From: Oopsacas minuta
Lineage: Eukaryota > Animalia > Porifera
Length of the DNA: 64,000 nucleotides
Assembly (NCBI GenBank): GCA_024704765.1
Contig: JAKMXF010000222.1
Coordinates: 1,281,192 to 1,345,191 of the forward strand
Reading direction: 5' to 3'
Within the stretch, counting starts at the first letter, position 1. Each line of letters begins with the position of its first letter. Below, in pieces: positions 25,440 to 38,279 of this stretch. Both the position numbers and the translations under genes were made by a program. The notes below the pieces were generated by a model that saw nothing but the letters and a program-made list of their open reading frames with translations, did no database searches and was not told where the DNA came from.

Positions 25440-25759
25440 CTCTATAGCTCATAAGTTAGAACAATTATATGTCGATTATGGTTTCTAAGGGATAACTATG
25501 GCATAGGACCTCAAACCACATCCCAACCAATACTTCGAGAAATGAAAAGCACCGAATAACAACCACTTTGTAGGTACTCCGCGTCGTGAAGCAATTTTGC
25601 AAGCGAAACGCGCTGGTATTTCTAATTATACTAGTAGTCTAGTACGTGTAGTTATTTGTAGAGGAGAACTATATGAATTAGTTTAAATTATAAGAATAAT
25701 ATCTTAGAAGACATTTTATCACAAACAATGATACAATAATCTAATAAACAAAATGATAA

Positions 25760-25975
25760 TTAAGTTTTAGGTTTCTTATCAAACTCTTCATCCAAGAAAT
25801 TTTCTTGCCGAACAGCCATAATGCTATAAGCGTATATCCCAGCTATACACCCGAATATTACTATTCCCAGTATTGCATTGCGTCTACGGTAAGGTCTGAT
25901 AAGCTTGTATCTAACCATCTTCTGGTATTCCATTTTGTTGCGAGATGGGTTCTGTTTGAATGTTATTCTGTTCAT
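25760..25975 (-). CDS. COA3: Cytochrome c oxidase assembly factor 3 (COA3/CCDC56)
   Basis: RRRNAILGIVIFGCIAGIYAYSIMAVRQENFLDEEF matches the family pattern R.RN..G.......IY.Y....V.QE.FLDE. Confidence 0.8.
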   Translation of the reverse strand: MNRITFKQNPSRNKMEYQKMVRYKLIRPYRRRNAILGIVIFGCIAGIYAYSIMAVRQENFLDEEFDKKPKT

Positions 25976-26323
25976 TCTCTAATTAGATTAATATTAGCCA
26001 GATTAATGTGTAGTATTAGGTTGGTTGAATAAGCAGGAATTATGTTTTATGGTATGTTATAAATAACTCGTAAAATATATACGTAGCAAGGGCTGAGGAG
26101 ACAGTTTGATAAACCTAGTCATGCCGTGTGGCTGCCTATTAGTTTGAATAGGTGAAGAGAAAAGTCTGACGTTTCCGTAGGCATTGCCCATGTATATGTA
26201 GGACTGTTTCATGCTTATTTAACATCTTAGTATTCCACTATACTAGTCTACTAATTATATCACCTCATGCATTATCAAGCTCAATTTCACTAGCTCCTAA
26301 TAATCTTATTTAGTATAATTAGC

Positions 26324-29300
26324 ATGTCTCTTCTGCCTAGTGATGTCCCTATAAATGACAGACTTCGTCTAATCTCCAAACACGTGAAAGAAGCTCTTGA
26401 ACTAGACGGAGCGGATCGTCCTATAGAAGCCTACATAAAGTATCTCTCATGCATGCAATCCATTGTACAGACGTTATTAGATGACGCATTGGGTAGAGAG
26501 TCTTGGGTGATTAAAGCCAAGGCACGAGAATCCTACTTCAGAGTTTTAGGTGAGACTCTTACCAGAGCTTCAGCGAATGTAGATCTCGCTTACAAGAAGA
26601 AAGCTATGATGAATCACACTATCCCTGATGTATCTACACCATCAATAGCAAGTTCGGGTTCCTTCCCTCCCCCTCTTAACCTAAAACCATCCACAGATAC
26701 TCCTATTATCCCTAGTGATAAGATTAGGAAGAATTGTTTCCTAACGAATACTTTTAGTAAACACCAACCTGTTCACAAGAGTCGTAGTATTAATTCTGTT
26801 CATGGACTGGTGAGTTATAATGTAACATATAGTATAATGCAGCTCCTATAGCTATAGGGAGATGCCCTAATAGCATGGGCGATATGCGACTTACGTCGGT
26901 CCGTCCCTCCATCCGGGGGCCATGCGAAATCTAGCAGTCCGATTAACTTTAAAAATTGTATAAATGTAGTCATGCATATTTTGGATCGGAGATTTGCACC
27001 TTGAGTATGAATTTTCTTAAGGAAAAACATACTTGAGATTAGGCCTCAACATGTTGTCAGGGGTAATTGGACACACCAATTTTAAGTTTTCAGAAAATCA
27101 CACCTTTTGCACAAACGTATTTCAAAATAATACTACAAACGGCAGTTATAGCATCATTTCAGTTGTGAGGGAAACATGGATAGAATATTTCCACGAGCTA
27201 CACTCCCAGTCTGTCGGCTGAACTTTTTTATTATTCATATAGTTTTTAGAGTGAAGTAGACACGAGGAACAGATATCTACAACAGTTACACACATCTCTA
27301 TCTCGTGACAATCCAAATACCAGCACAAAGATATCAATTAATCTACAAATGGCACGTAGGATGGAGGAGAATAAAGACCTCTCTGATAAGAGAGCTAAGA
27401 TCCTACATGAGCAGAGAGAAAGACTGAAGGAAGAGACTAAAGCTCAGGAAATCTACCACATGTCAGTACACCAGGTAACTCTTAAACAGAGAGTAGAAAC
27501 ATTCTCAAGGAGGAACAGATGGATTGTGTCTACTCAGGTGAGAATGCTATATAATATATGAAATTATATTTAGTATAGAATAATTAGATATCTACTTGGG
27601 CCTATTAAGGCTATCATACATAAATCTGTCTTCTGTATTTTGTACAGCTCCTGTGAGATGTCCTATCCCGCTTGCACATAGGCGATGTCTGACGTCGGTC
27701 GGCTTGATCCTGCGACATATGACATTACATCAATTATTGATATACAGTTAACATCCGGTAACTCGAACCCTCGGGGATTTTTCCCACATTTCTTACTGTT
27801 TTTGAAAATTTCATTGGATCAGTGTTAAAAATGCTCCTCAATGTTTCCCACATGTTTCACCACCTCTTAGATTTTGTTCTGGGTGTTTTAAAACATAATT
27901 CTATTGCTTAATGGATCAAACTACTTTATCCCATCGGTACTTAAGTAAATTTATCCGTAGCCGGTACTATAGAATATTGGTCTTGGTTTGTGGTTGTTTT
28001 GACTAGAAATCTCTATTCTTGTTATTAGTAATTGAGTATTGAGTTTTGGTATATTTTCCAACCAGCAACCCCCACCATTTATCTTAGTAGCCTATCTCAA
28101 GAATCAAATTGAAGCCAATATTTTGCCTCAAGGGCCAACTTTCAACACTAATATTATCCTATCTTTTAGAGGCATTTCCGTTCTTCATGTCATGATCCTG
28201 AGAAAGATAAATATGCTAAAGAATTATCTTCTGGAGTTTTGAGGTTAACTGGTCATCCTATCTGTCAAATCCTCAACCAATACCAGATGGAAGTATTCTC
28301 AATGATCAGCTCTACTTATCAGAAGTTACATCAAGCTGGAGACTTCCCTGCTCTAAATCTAACCTGTAACCTAAGTGATCCTGTTTCTGATGGTCATTGC
28401 GATTTAACTGAGTCTTTGTCTTGCAGTACTAGTGCTGAATCAATGATTACTTGTAGTGATGAGCAAGTATCACTTAGAGGGAGAATCAGCTACGGGAATC
28501 TAGGTAAATAGTGAAGATAGCTGTTAATTAACATACGTGTACTGAAGACTATTAAAAGCTATATTCAAATTTCTAACAGGAGTTATGTCTTAATAATGAT
28601 TTGATTAAGCATCAATTACACAATACAGTACACTACCGTTATCGAACACTGATTTATCGACCCTCAAATTATACAAAATATCGTCCCAACCGTCCTTAAG
28701 TTGTATAAATCGGTTATATCGAACTCCACTTATATCGGAATAATTTCTAGAGTTCTCATTATAATATTTGATTTTAATATCTACAGCAATACATATCAAT
28801 ATGTTCCATTGTAATGATAGCATTTATATTCTAATTGTATTGTGTAGCTTGTATAAGAGAGATACAGTCAGAAGTGACAGGGAGAGTTCTTAAGAAGGTC
28901 AGTGAACAAATCCTCTCAAAGATAGACTTCCTAGAATTCAGTTTGTTAGAGTGTTATTTGGATTTAGAGCCGTATAAGATAATCTGCAGAGAGTCAGTAG
29001 AACAAGTTTTCCTTCACGCCTTATGGGTCCCTCTCCTCTCTCTATTCCGCTGTAAGAATCTAGACCAGGAGCTTGCCCTATCTCAACACATGATTAGTAG
29101 ACTTGATGACCCTCCATCTGCTTTTGAGGTACCACAACATCTCTGTTTGTGGGATGATGTTACAAACTTTCATAATATTCCCTACTCAGCAGCTATCAAC
29201 AAACTCAAACTATTAACTGAGCAGTACAACTTGTCTGAGAAAATATCCAGTCTCAACGAATCATCTCGACTCATCATATCTTGTATTGATGACTATCAGA

Positions 29301-29533
29301 AACAGAAACAGATTAAAGATTCCTCCTCCAATGTAGGTACTGATGATCTACTTCCTATCGTATGTTTTATAGTACTGAGGTCATGTACTCCTCAATTGCT
29401 GTCAGAATGTGAGATGATTGGATCTCTTCTCCCTGAAAATGCTCTCTTCGGAGAGACAGGATTCTGTCTCAGTACAGTGCAAACAGCCCTGAACTATCTT
29501 GTAGTCAGGCAGACGAATGGAGTTGAAAATTAA
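26324..29533 (+). CDS. VPS9D1: VPS9 domain-containing protein 1; exons 26324-26809, 27250-27537, 28170-28503, 28848-29533
   Basis: MIT-like ALELDGADRPIEAYIKYL, LQMARRMEEN, HPICQIL, and a VPS9 domain with VGTDDLLPI and GETGFCLSTVQTAL; splice phases are consistent. Confidence 0.88.
26839..27105 (+). mobile_element. DINE-1/Helentron-like interspersed repeat (family D); further copies at 27645-27720 and 37630-37870
   Basis: Shared gcagctccta..ggagatgcccta..gcatgg.cgatatgcgac..cgtc.gtccgt..gaaatctag.agtcc.att..ggtcggagatt..aacatgttgtcaggggt; GTCC microsatellite-like core; T-run before the 37630 copy. Superfamily is inferred. Confidence 0.6.
28626..28811. mobile_element. Decayed pogo-like MITE in VPS9D1 intron 3
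   Basis: TA|CAGTA...CATTG|TA with repeated ttatcga/tatcgg motifs; TIR match is poor. Confidence 0.4.
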
Positions 29534-31523
29534 GCAAATTTGTTCAATTCTTTCTAATATTTAGTTCAATATATTTATTTTCATCTATTAGCAAATATTC
29601 AACTATACAAGTGCTTTTTTGTCGCCCAGTGAATGTTTGGCTGAACAATGACATTCTGAATGCTAGCTGTTATGCGTCTATATTTATAAATTTGTTCAAT
29701 ATTTGTATACATTTGACTTGTGCATTAAGACTGTTTATCTCATGTTTATATATTATTTCATTCATGATTGGTTTTACCCATACATATATACACTCCGCTA
29801 TGGTATCAGTGCTGATAAGCGCCATATATTTTACGCATGTATTTCATATTTGATTCATTTTGAAAATTTGAATTTACATTCTACTCTACAAAATACTAAA
29901 TGTATATGATTATCACTATTAAATCGTTTATGTTACACTTTAACTTCCACACATAGAGAAGCTAGGTAGCCTTAGGACAATGTAATATGTAATATATGGA
30001 TTGATTCTCGCTAATTTGTAAAGGATCAATTTCAAGAAAATATCTATCATCAATGAATTCGTATGGTTTATTCGTTTGTAGACTAGTGTGTATATTTCAC
30101 TGTACAAGATGATAATTCTTATGTAGAATTACAAGGCAAGAATTAAATACCTTGATATCATGCTTCTACAAATTTCTGTTGGTTGAATGAAATTCATTTA
30201 AATTTTTGCTTATTAATTCAAATTCCGTTGCTTTTTTCTTTGATACAATGCAAGGACATTCTAGAAAATGTGATCTGCTCACCGCTATCAATTTTTGATT
30301 ATTTGCTGTACAATTTGTTCTATATTTAGGCATCATAGGTTTCCAACTGTTATTGCTCATTAGAGGACGGAGAATAATATATATCTAGTACCCTCACGTG
30401 GTTATTAAACTTGGTAATTAATTCCACAATTCTATACAAATCGTGAGTCATGTGTATTTTAGTTGCGAACCTTATGGCAATTGAGATTTAGGTTCATTCA
30501 ACCATAAATTATGTGATGACTGTTAGTTCCCTTCCTCTTACATATTAATTCTATTCAATTGAGGTTTTTAGACTCTCTTAGGGATTCTTGCCTTTGGGAC
30601 CTAAAGCAATGATAGCTACAAAATGTATATTTTTGATATTATTTGTAAATTCATAGCTTTGGCCATAGGTAAATGACCTGTTCATGTTTTATCATTATTA
30701 TTATCATCATCACGTTACACAACAACTGTAAGAGTGGTGTTGCATAAATTGACGAACTTTTGCTCCCCTTACTATTCTTCTTTTCAATTGCTTATTGATA
30801 TTGAAATTCTCATCACTATAGAAATGTTATTACAAATATTATTTAGAGTCTTATTCATACAACAAATGTAGCAAACCCTTTCGTGACGTAAATCATGGTG
30901 TCCGTAAGGAAACAGTGCTGAGTCGGATCAGTGGGGCACAGGTTATTAAACGTTGGCATACTTACATTGATAAGGTGGGGCACGGTCCCCACCCTCGCGT
31001 CACCTCTGTTTCGGATTAGTGAGGGTGTACTGTGTAATGGCCTTTGGCCTCCACAAATGATTGTCATTAAATCCAATAATTGCTGTAATTCATGTGTGCA
31101 TCTAAATTTCTAACTATTTTAGATGTAAATCAAGCAATGACACCGTGTTTTTATATTAAAATCATTTGTACCGAATATTTATACAGTACGTATTGATAGA
31201 CATTAGCAACAAATTCTAGAAAACTTTCGGATCTCTAATTTTGATAAACAATTATTTAAATTTGAATGTAATGCTTTATGAGAGCCTAAATCAATTGAAG
31301 GATATCTTGAGTTCTATAGAACTTGCGAAATAATCTCAATGAATTCCGCATTTCTGAATTTCCTAGAAGTTCAATAGGCAAATTTAATTCGTATTTGTTG
31401 TTTTCGATTGAAATTTGATAAAACGGCCTAAAATATATCACCTAACAAATACCAAACTACCAGAATTCGTGAATTACGATTTCGTGCCTGAATCCAGCCC
31501 TGCCCATTGAATATCGATGTAGA

Positions 31524-31931
31524 ACTAATAAAATCTCAATTGTTGTTTGTCTGTTTGTCCGTTGTCAAGGAAAGATTTACGGTATGCAATTTTGAAATTG
31601 TCACACAACTATTGTTTTAATCGTGTTTATCAAGGAAGTAAATATAATTCAATAAAACTTCAATAAACATATCGAACATGCTGAATCCCATTTTCACACT
31701 TTTGGATTAATCATATGTAAATTTATTGTTGTTTTTATGAATATAAAGTGAACAAATTTCAAAATTGAGGTAGAATCATACTTTCAACGACAATACTAGT
31801 ATAATCGGGTATGCTGAGTTTGAATATTGTAAACAACATCAATATTATTAAATAACAATTGTTGGTTGTCTGATGAATACCTCGAGGCGGAATGCGCCGA
31901 GTTCATCACGAAGCGACGAGCCAAAGGCTCG
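31524..31931 (+). mobile_element. Helitron family A, copy 3
   Basis: aaatctcaattgttgtttgtctg...gcgacgagccaaaggCTCG|T. Confidence 0.85.
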
Positions 31932-32252
31932 TATATTTAAAGTTAATATTTACAAATTCTCAACAAAGTGAAAAAGTTGGTGCTGCCCACAGCATAAACT
32001 CTACCTGCCCACCATATTTCATACACGATACAAAATTGTTGCTTGACAAGGCAAAATACTCGATACAACATTGTTGCAGGAAAATACGTAGAGGATGTTT
32101 CAGTTATCATAGAACTTGATACATACAACATTGTTTCATGGAGCCCTCGCCATACGCGGTGCAACAATGTTGGACGCAATTCTATTGAATGGAAAATATA
32201 ACATCAGCACACAAATTTGTTGCATGCCTCATAGTTTCATTGTGTATGTTGG

Positions 32253-32369
32253 ACCATGGCCTACTTAATATACAGCTAGATATGTGCAGAATAGAAGAAG
32301 ACCAGTTTTGTTATTCTCGTTTTGGACTTCTCGGAGACATATCTAGCAGTATACTAAGTAGGCCATGGT
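32253..32369. repeat. Inverted repeat with 33-bp arms and a ~50-bp spacer
   Basis: accatggcctacttaatatacagctagatatgt vs the reverse complement of 32337-32369: 31/33 identical. Confidence 0.85.
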
Positions 32370-33259
32370 TGGGCTTGGTATGCAAACCCTCGTACTCAAC
32401 CTTTATATGAAGCTTTTACATTGATTAGGGCCTTAGGGACCAACATTGAGCTTCTTGGGGTCTATGCTTCAGCTGCCGACTTCCAAATGTCCTACTTGCA
32501 TATCTTCGAATCAGCTTGGCCTGGTATGCTTGGAATCCTTGGATATATCTAGTAATTGCATCTGTTCTATATTCTAATCTCTATAGTTAATTTGGGAGTA
32601 TAAAATAGTACATGCAAACTCTAGCTATAACTATTTTCAAGGTTGCAACAGAATAGTTCAATATTCGGTTCAACCGATTAATATTTGGCGAATACTTGAT
32701 ATTTGGGTAGCAACCGATATCATTACCCAAAATTATAAGTATTCGTTGGGTTAACCGAATATTATCAGTGTTTGTTTCAGTCTTATTAGTTTTCACTTGT
32801 AAATTCCTATAACCAATCCCGTTACCATTGACTTGAAATTGACTTGCAATAATCATTTTACAATTGAACTCAATCTCAAAAGTGACTTGTCATAGTTATC
32901 TAACATAATATTTAAATAGCCAGATTTAAATTCTTGTACGTGACAATATTATTAATATAATTTATGATCTGCTCATCAAATAAGCCACATTAAATAGAAT
33001 TCATAAAGGTGGTACTCTTAATATATTCTTAATATCTATATTTAGATTACCAAACTTGTTTCTACTGTAACTCATCTGTAAAATTACTTCCATGTGCTGT
33101 ACAATTACATAGTACTTTTCACGCGCTCTAGTGAACTAGTTCGAGTGCCATACTAGCTCAACTATAAATACGAGACCTATGTAGGAATGCTAAATTCCAC
33201 GCGCATACTATACAACCTCGTTACTCACTATCTCATTCACACTTATTTATACGAATAAA

Positions 33260-34189
33260 ATGGCACAAAGATATGAAAATAACGAACCTGAAGTAGGTGA
33301 TTCCTGCTGGGACCGGGAGCAGTATGAACAGCTGGCATTCGGATTCATGGCTGCTAAAGCTGAGCGCCAGCGAGACCGCTGTACGAGTGAGTCTGAAAAA
33401 CAGCTGCTAGATACTTTTCACACAGAGCTTAGCACTGTCAGACACGAAAGAGTTCCGTCCAATGACCTAGTAAGTGAAACTTCTGATACCGTATCCCCGT
33501 CATATCTAGATTCTGATCCTGGTGATAGTCCTCCTGCCGAGCGGGTAGGAGCTGTACTGGGTGAGCTGGGAGATGTGTTAGAGCATCACTCCAATGCTGT
33601 AGTGGTACCGACAGAACAGGATAGAACTCCTGTTGTTCCCTTCTTCCTGAATGGTCCTACTCAAGTGCCCTTCTCAGAGCTCAAAGAGAGGATAGACCAA
33701 GCTGTCAATCGTATTGCTCCCTCTCAGTCTACAGCCTCAGGGAGCCCTGCCCTGCTGAGTGAGAGCACCCAAGAGCCTCCTGTTCCTCCCCTTCCTCCTC
33801 TGGAGAGCAGTACATTTAATAGCATTGCTCGTGAATTGATACAAGTAACAGAAGGGATGAGATTGCTTCCTGGACAGCTAGCAATTTGCCTATACTTCTG
33901 TTATCGGTTGGGAGTTAGACTGCTCTCTCAACATATCGCTAACCATCTGGGACTAGGAAACACACTGAGGAACCTAATGGAGACCTGTGTTCAGTTCCTG
34001 GTAGAACAACAACTACTGCATTATGTGCAACAACGTGGCGGATGGGCTAGCTATATTGAACAGTGGATACAATCTGAGCCCAATGGACAGATACAACAAT
34101 TTAGCATCAGCACAGCTATTGGGTATGTAGGAGTTGGAATAGCTATCGGATTTGCTTTGGGGTTTCTTGTCCGTTCCTTCAATTCTTAA
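33260..34189 (+). CDS. Multi-domain Bcl-2-family protein, BAK-like, tail-anchored
   Basis: BH3 VLGELGDVL; BH1/alpha5 region GQLAICLYFCYRL (BAK: GRVVALLGFGYRL); BH2 VQQRGGW (BAK: IAQRGGW); C-terminal TM followed by RSFNS. Confidence 0.85.
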   Translation: MAQRYENNEPEVGDSCWDREQYEQLAFGFMAAKAERQRDRCTSESEKQLLDTFHTELSTVRHERVPSNDLVSETSDTVSPSYLDSDPGDSPPAERVGAVLGELGDVLEHHSNAVVVPTEQDRTPVVPFFLNGPTQVPFSELKERIDQAVNRIAPSQSTASGSPALLSESTQEPPVPPLPPLESSTFNSIARELIQVTEGMRLLPGQLAICLYFCYRLGVRLLSQHIANHLGLGNTLRNLMETCVQFLVEQQLLHYVQQRGGWASYIEQWIQSEPNGQIQQFSISTAIGYVGVGIAIGFALGFLVRSFNS

Positions 34190-36698
34190 TTAATTTCTTC
34201 AATTTCTTATACAATACAGTCTTCCTCATCTCTTACCTTTTCTTAAACTTCAGCGCTTATATTTACAGATTCAACTCTACTTTTCTCGACTTATTTTATC
34301 AGATACTGACCCTCTTATTCACTGATCTATTAATGCATTGCATGTTCCCTTCCTCTCTCATTTTCTTTCAGAATACAGTTTCTCTTTGATTATTACCCTT
34401 TTTGTTGGCTCTACGTCTACTGCAACATTATTTTATATACTGATTGGTATTATGCAATTAATCATAAAGAATAATTACATTCTTATACTTTATTGGACGG
34501 AAAATTCTCACTTTAATACTATGAGTCTTTACCGCGCCGAAATATACTTATATTGACGGAGCCTTCTTTTGAGATTTTGCTCTGTGTTTGCATTATATTC
34601 GTAAAACGGCGGATAAATCTGTATATGATTAATTTAAGAACGTAATTAGTCAAGTTTTATTGTTTCTATCTTTCTTGATCTTTATAACTACGATATACTT
34701 ATTTATAACTTATAAGGCATTTTGGATCCAAACTCATACCATGCCATAACTTTCCTTGACAACAAACAACATTCAGTAACCATAATATCCGTTTTTGGCA
34801 CAGTTACTAATTTTGTAATTTTAGAAAAATCTCTAGAATACTAAAGTTAACGATTATGATCAATTATCCTCGAGAAGTTACAAATATATTCAAGTTTTTT
34901 AGATACCATGACTCCTCTTAGTTTATTTGGCCATCATTTAATCGATTTCTCCACTTATTTGGATCAATTTCCAGATACAATTTTGTCCGAGTACTTTTCA
35001 AAGTATGCAAAATTATACTACCTTGTTAGTTACCATTAAATTATTGGACATTATTAGAATTATAATTCAAAATATTAGAGTATATAAATTCCATTAATCA
35101 AGAATGATTATATGCAATGAATTTCTGAAGGAAATGAATGAGTAATCCTTTGATGATGACTTCATGAAGGATATTTTGCCTCTATTAAAAAAATATACAC
35201 ATGATAAAGGATGAATGTTTATGGGAATGTTATATTCTTTAGTTCACATTTAATTACACATCTTTTCCAGGGAGACTAAGATATCTATCAATAATTATTT
35301 TAAATACCAAATTATCACTGGTAAATATTCTCTTATAGTACGTGTATATATTTATTATACCATTTATTGTCCTTTGTTGCTCATTTTGATTTTTTACCAG
35401 TTTTATTCTGGTAATTCTTAAAATGGAGTAAAACCTCAAAGTAAATATAATCATCTCATTTTATTTTGCACTTTAATGTTTAGATAATATTCTATAATTT
35501 TGTTTGACGCAATTCAACTCTGTTTTACCATAGTTCTTGTCGTCTAATTTGTAATTTCTCGGTTTTGGATGATTTACAGATTATTTATATATGAGATGAT
35601 AATCGAAAATTTGATTGTTGTTTTGCGTTTTGATAAACTGCAAATCTGTAGCACAAGTTGGCCCACTATAGTGACTATACTATCTACCACCCACTCCATG
35701 CACTTGAGAACGTTAGTTATTTGGTAATTATTTATTGTGAAATGTAAAGTCTTAAAAAATTTCTAATTTTAGCGAAAATGTTTAAATATTAATGGAATTC
35801 CAATATGTCCTTTTCGTAACCAGTCTCTAAATTTACCCAAAGTTGCTATATTTAATTATTCCGTGATTGCCACATTTATTTTATTAACATGTAATTTTGT
35901 ATTATTCAATCATTAGTGCGGGTTAAGGCGAAATTTTAACTATTTTTAGCTTGCATGCCATTTGGTCTCAACTGTTGAGAATAGGATATAATATGTTAAT
36001 ACTTATTTGGTTCCATAATTCTTTTGGTGAGTTTTTACAATCTTGTGATTCCACCAAAACGCGAAATGATACGATTTACTCCGCAATTGGTTTCCCTCAA
36101 AACCTTAAGTATTTCAGTATCATATGGTTTTAAATACCTCAAAGGAAAATGGTATCTACAGATGATATCCAAGAGAAATTCTCACGTCTTGCTAATTTAA
36201 ATATATTCTAGATTGTATTAGATCAGGGGTAGGCACACATTTTTCCACGAGTCTCACATATCTTGTCCTAATATTTAGCGCGGGCCATTCTAATCCCTAA
36301 AAACCTAAATTATAATACAAATAGATGAGTATAGGCTAGAGGATTATAGTCCAGCAAATTAAATCAATTAATGACTAAAAATAATCAAATATGACGACAT
36401 CAATTTATATTTTCGAAATATTATGGAATCATTTGCGGGCTACTAAATATTTCTAACTGGTAAGCGAGATAATTTGTAATAATAAGGTTATGTTTTAATG
36501 CTTTATTCTTGATCTAATTTCAAATTTTTGGCATCCAAATCAATTAAAGTGATAAATAGATTAGCAGCTTCGTTTTACGAATTTTAAAGAAAACGAATAT
36601 ACGGCGCTACATACGGTCTCATAATTTGGACGTTCCCCCTCCTACCATAATTTAAAGTTGAACCATTAATTATTGAAAATATTTTCATAGTTTATTTA

Positions 36699-36875
36699 CA
36701 GGGGCCTTATTAGCTAAAATTCTAAGAATTATTCTTATCTTAATTCTAAGTGTATTTCTAAGAATAATTCTAAGAATTCATGAATTATTCTTAGTTTTCG
36801 TTAAGAATTCTTAACTTGGCTATACTTAACGGATTCTAAGAATTATTCTTAGAATTTTAGTTAATAAGGCCCCTG
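36699..36875. mobile_element. Palindromic MITE (PIF/Harbinger-like ends) built of ATTCTAAGAAT motifs
   Basis: 31-bp TIR caggggccttattagctaaaattctaagaat with 1 mismatch; no clear TSD. Confidence 0.75.
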
Positions 36876-36976
36876 GACCTGAAAACAAATTTTATAATTT
36901 ATTAAATGTTAGAGATGAAATGAAAATGGAATTCATTTTCAATCAAACGTACTGATTACTTTTACAGCATGGATGC

Positions 36977-37052
36977 CAGGGTTGTCGTAGGAAGGAATTT
37001 CAATTCCTGTTCCCATAGGATAACTACGATTCCCATTCCCACGGCAACCCTG
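36977..37052. mobile_element. 76-bp hAT-like mini element
   Basis: cagggttgtcgtaggaa vs the reverse complement cagggttgccgtgggaa (15/17); no TSD seen. Confidence 0.55.
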
Positions 37053-38279
37053 AATTGGGTGCATACCGGATGAATGGAAGATGAAATGACCAAAATGGAT
37101 TTTTTGATCTGCGCACCATTAAACGATGAGTGATTTTGTAATTTGTTATGTCGCTAACATTTTACAAAATCGGACTAATGAGGGGTCATAGGACCTTATT
37201 AAGTGGTTGTAATGCAATGTTATCCTCATATCTTGAAAACCTAAGTAGGTCCAATTTGCAATTGATAATATAAAGAGGTTTAATTGTTCCAAAATGTGAA
37301 TAATATACACTATCCTTATGATGAAATTCAGAAAGAAATATTGTATCAGAATTTCGCAGTTCAGACTTCAGAGCGCTCCTAGGCCTGTTGTCAGGATACC
37401 TTCTTACATCCTCCACTAAGTCTAGTAAGCATTTTCCTACATTGACATCCCATTTACCTCCCCTATGTAGCTTGGTAATTCTTTCTCTTAGTTATCCGAG
37501 ATGACCTCAAATTCATCTAATTTAGCATTCTATTACAGAAACCATATCGTAGGAGAACATAGCAAAGATTCAATCATTGATTTTAGCATCAAGGGAAAAC
37601 TGATTATCACTACCATCACACTTTTTAGTGCAGCTCCTATTGGGAGATGCCCTAATGGCATGGACGATATGCGACGTCCGTACGTCCGTGCGGCCGTGCG
37701 AAATCTAGTAGTCCAATTAACATGAAAATTGGCATACATATACATTTTGGGTCGGAGATTGCACCTCAGGTATGAATTTTTCTAAACTGAATATTTCACA
37801 CTTTTCTATTTAAATTAGAAAAGCAAGCTAGAGATTAGGTTTTCAACATGTTGTCAGGGGTCATATGATTTGAGGATAAAAACATGAAGTATATTAGGGG
37901 ATGAATAATATTGAATATCCTGAAATATTTATGATCCGCGAGCCCAAAACCAGTCGGGTCCGGTGCATTGCGGCATCTACACGGGGGTCATGGGGGGGGG
38001 GCGTGTAAAAGATTTATACCTTATATGGGAGACAGATTACTACAATTGGTAAAATATGCAAATTTGTAAGATTGGGTAAATTCGCACCGATCTCTCATCT
38101 AGTACTTTTCACTATATTGTTACTGATATCTAAGTTGTTTTGCGTAAATTTCTCTTCAGGAATTGTTAAAAATTCTGCAGGAAATTGCTACTTTAGAGAA
38201 TGCGCTGTAGTGTATACTTCTTAGTTTTAGAGTCATTATTAGTTTATTGGCTGTACAACTTTCTGATCTAATTTAGCTA

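Noticed and set aside
29900-31120. Short ORFs 30166-30360, 30855-31076 and 30931-31113
   Set aside because: No motifs, splice logic or paralogues support them.
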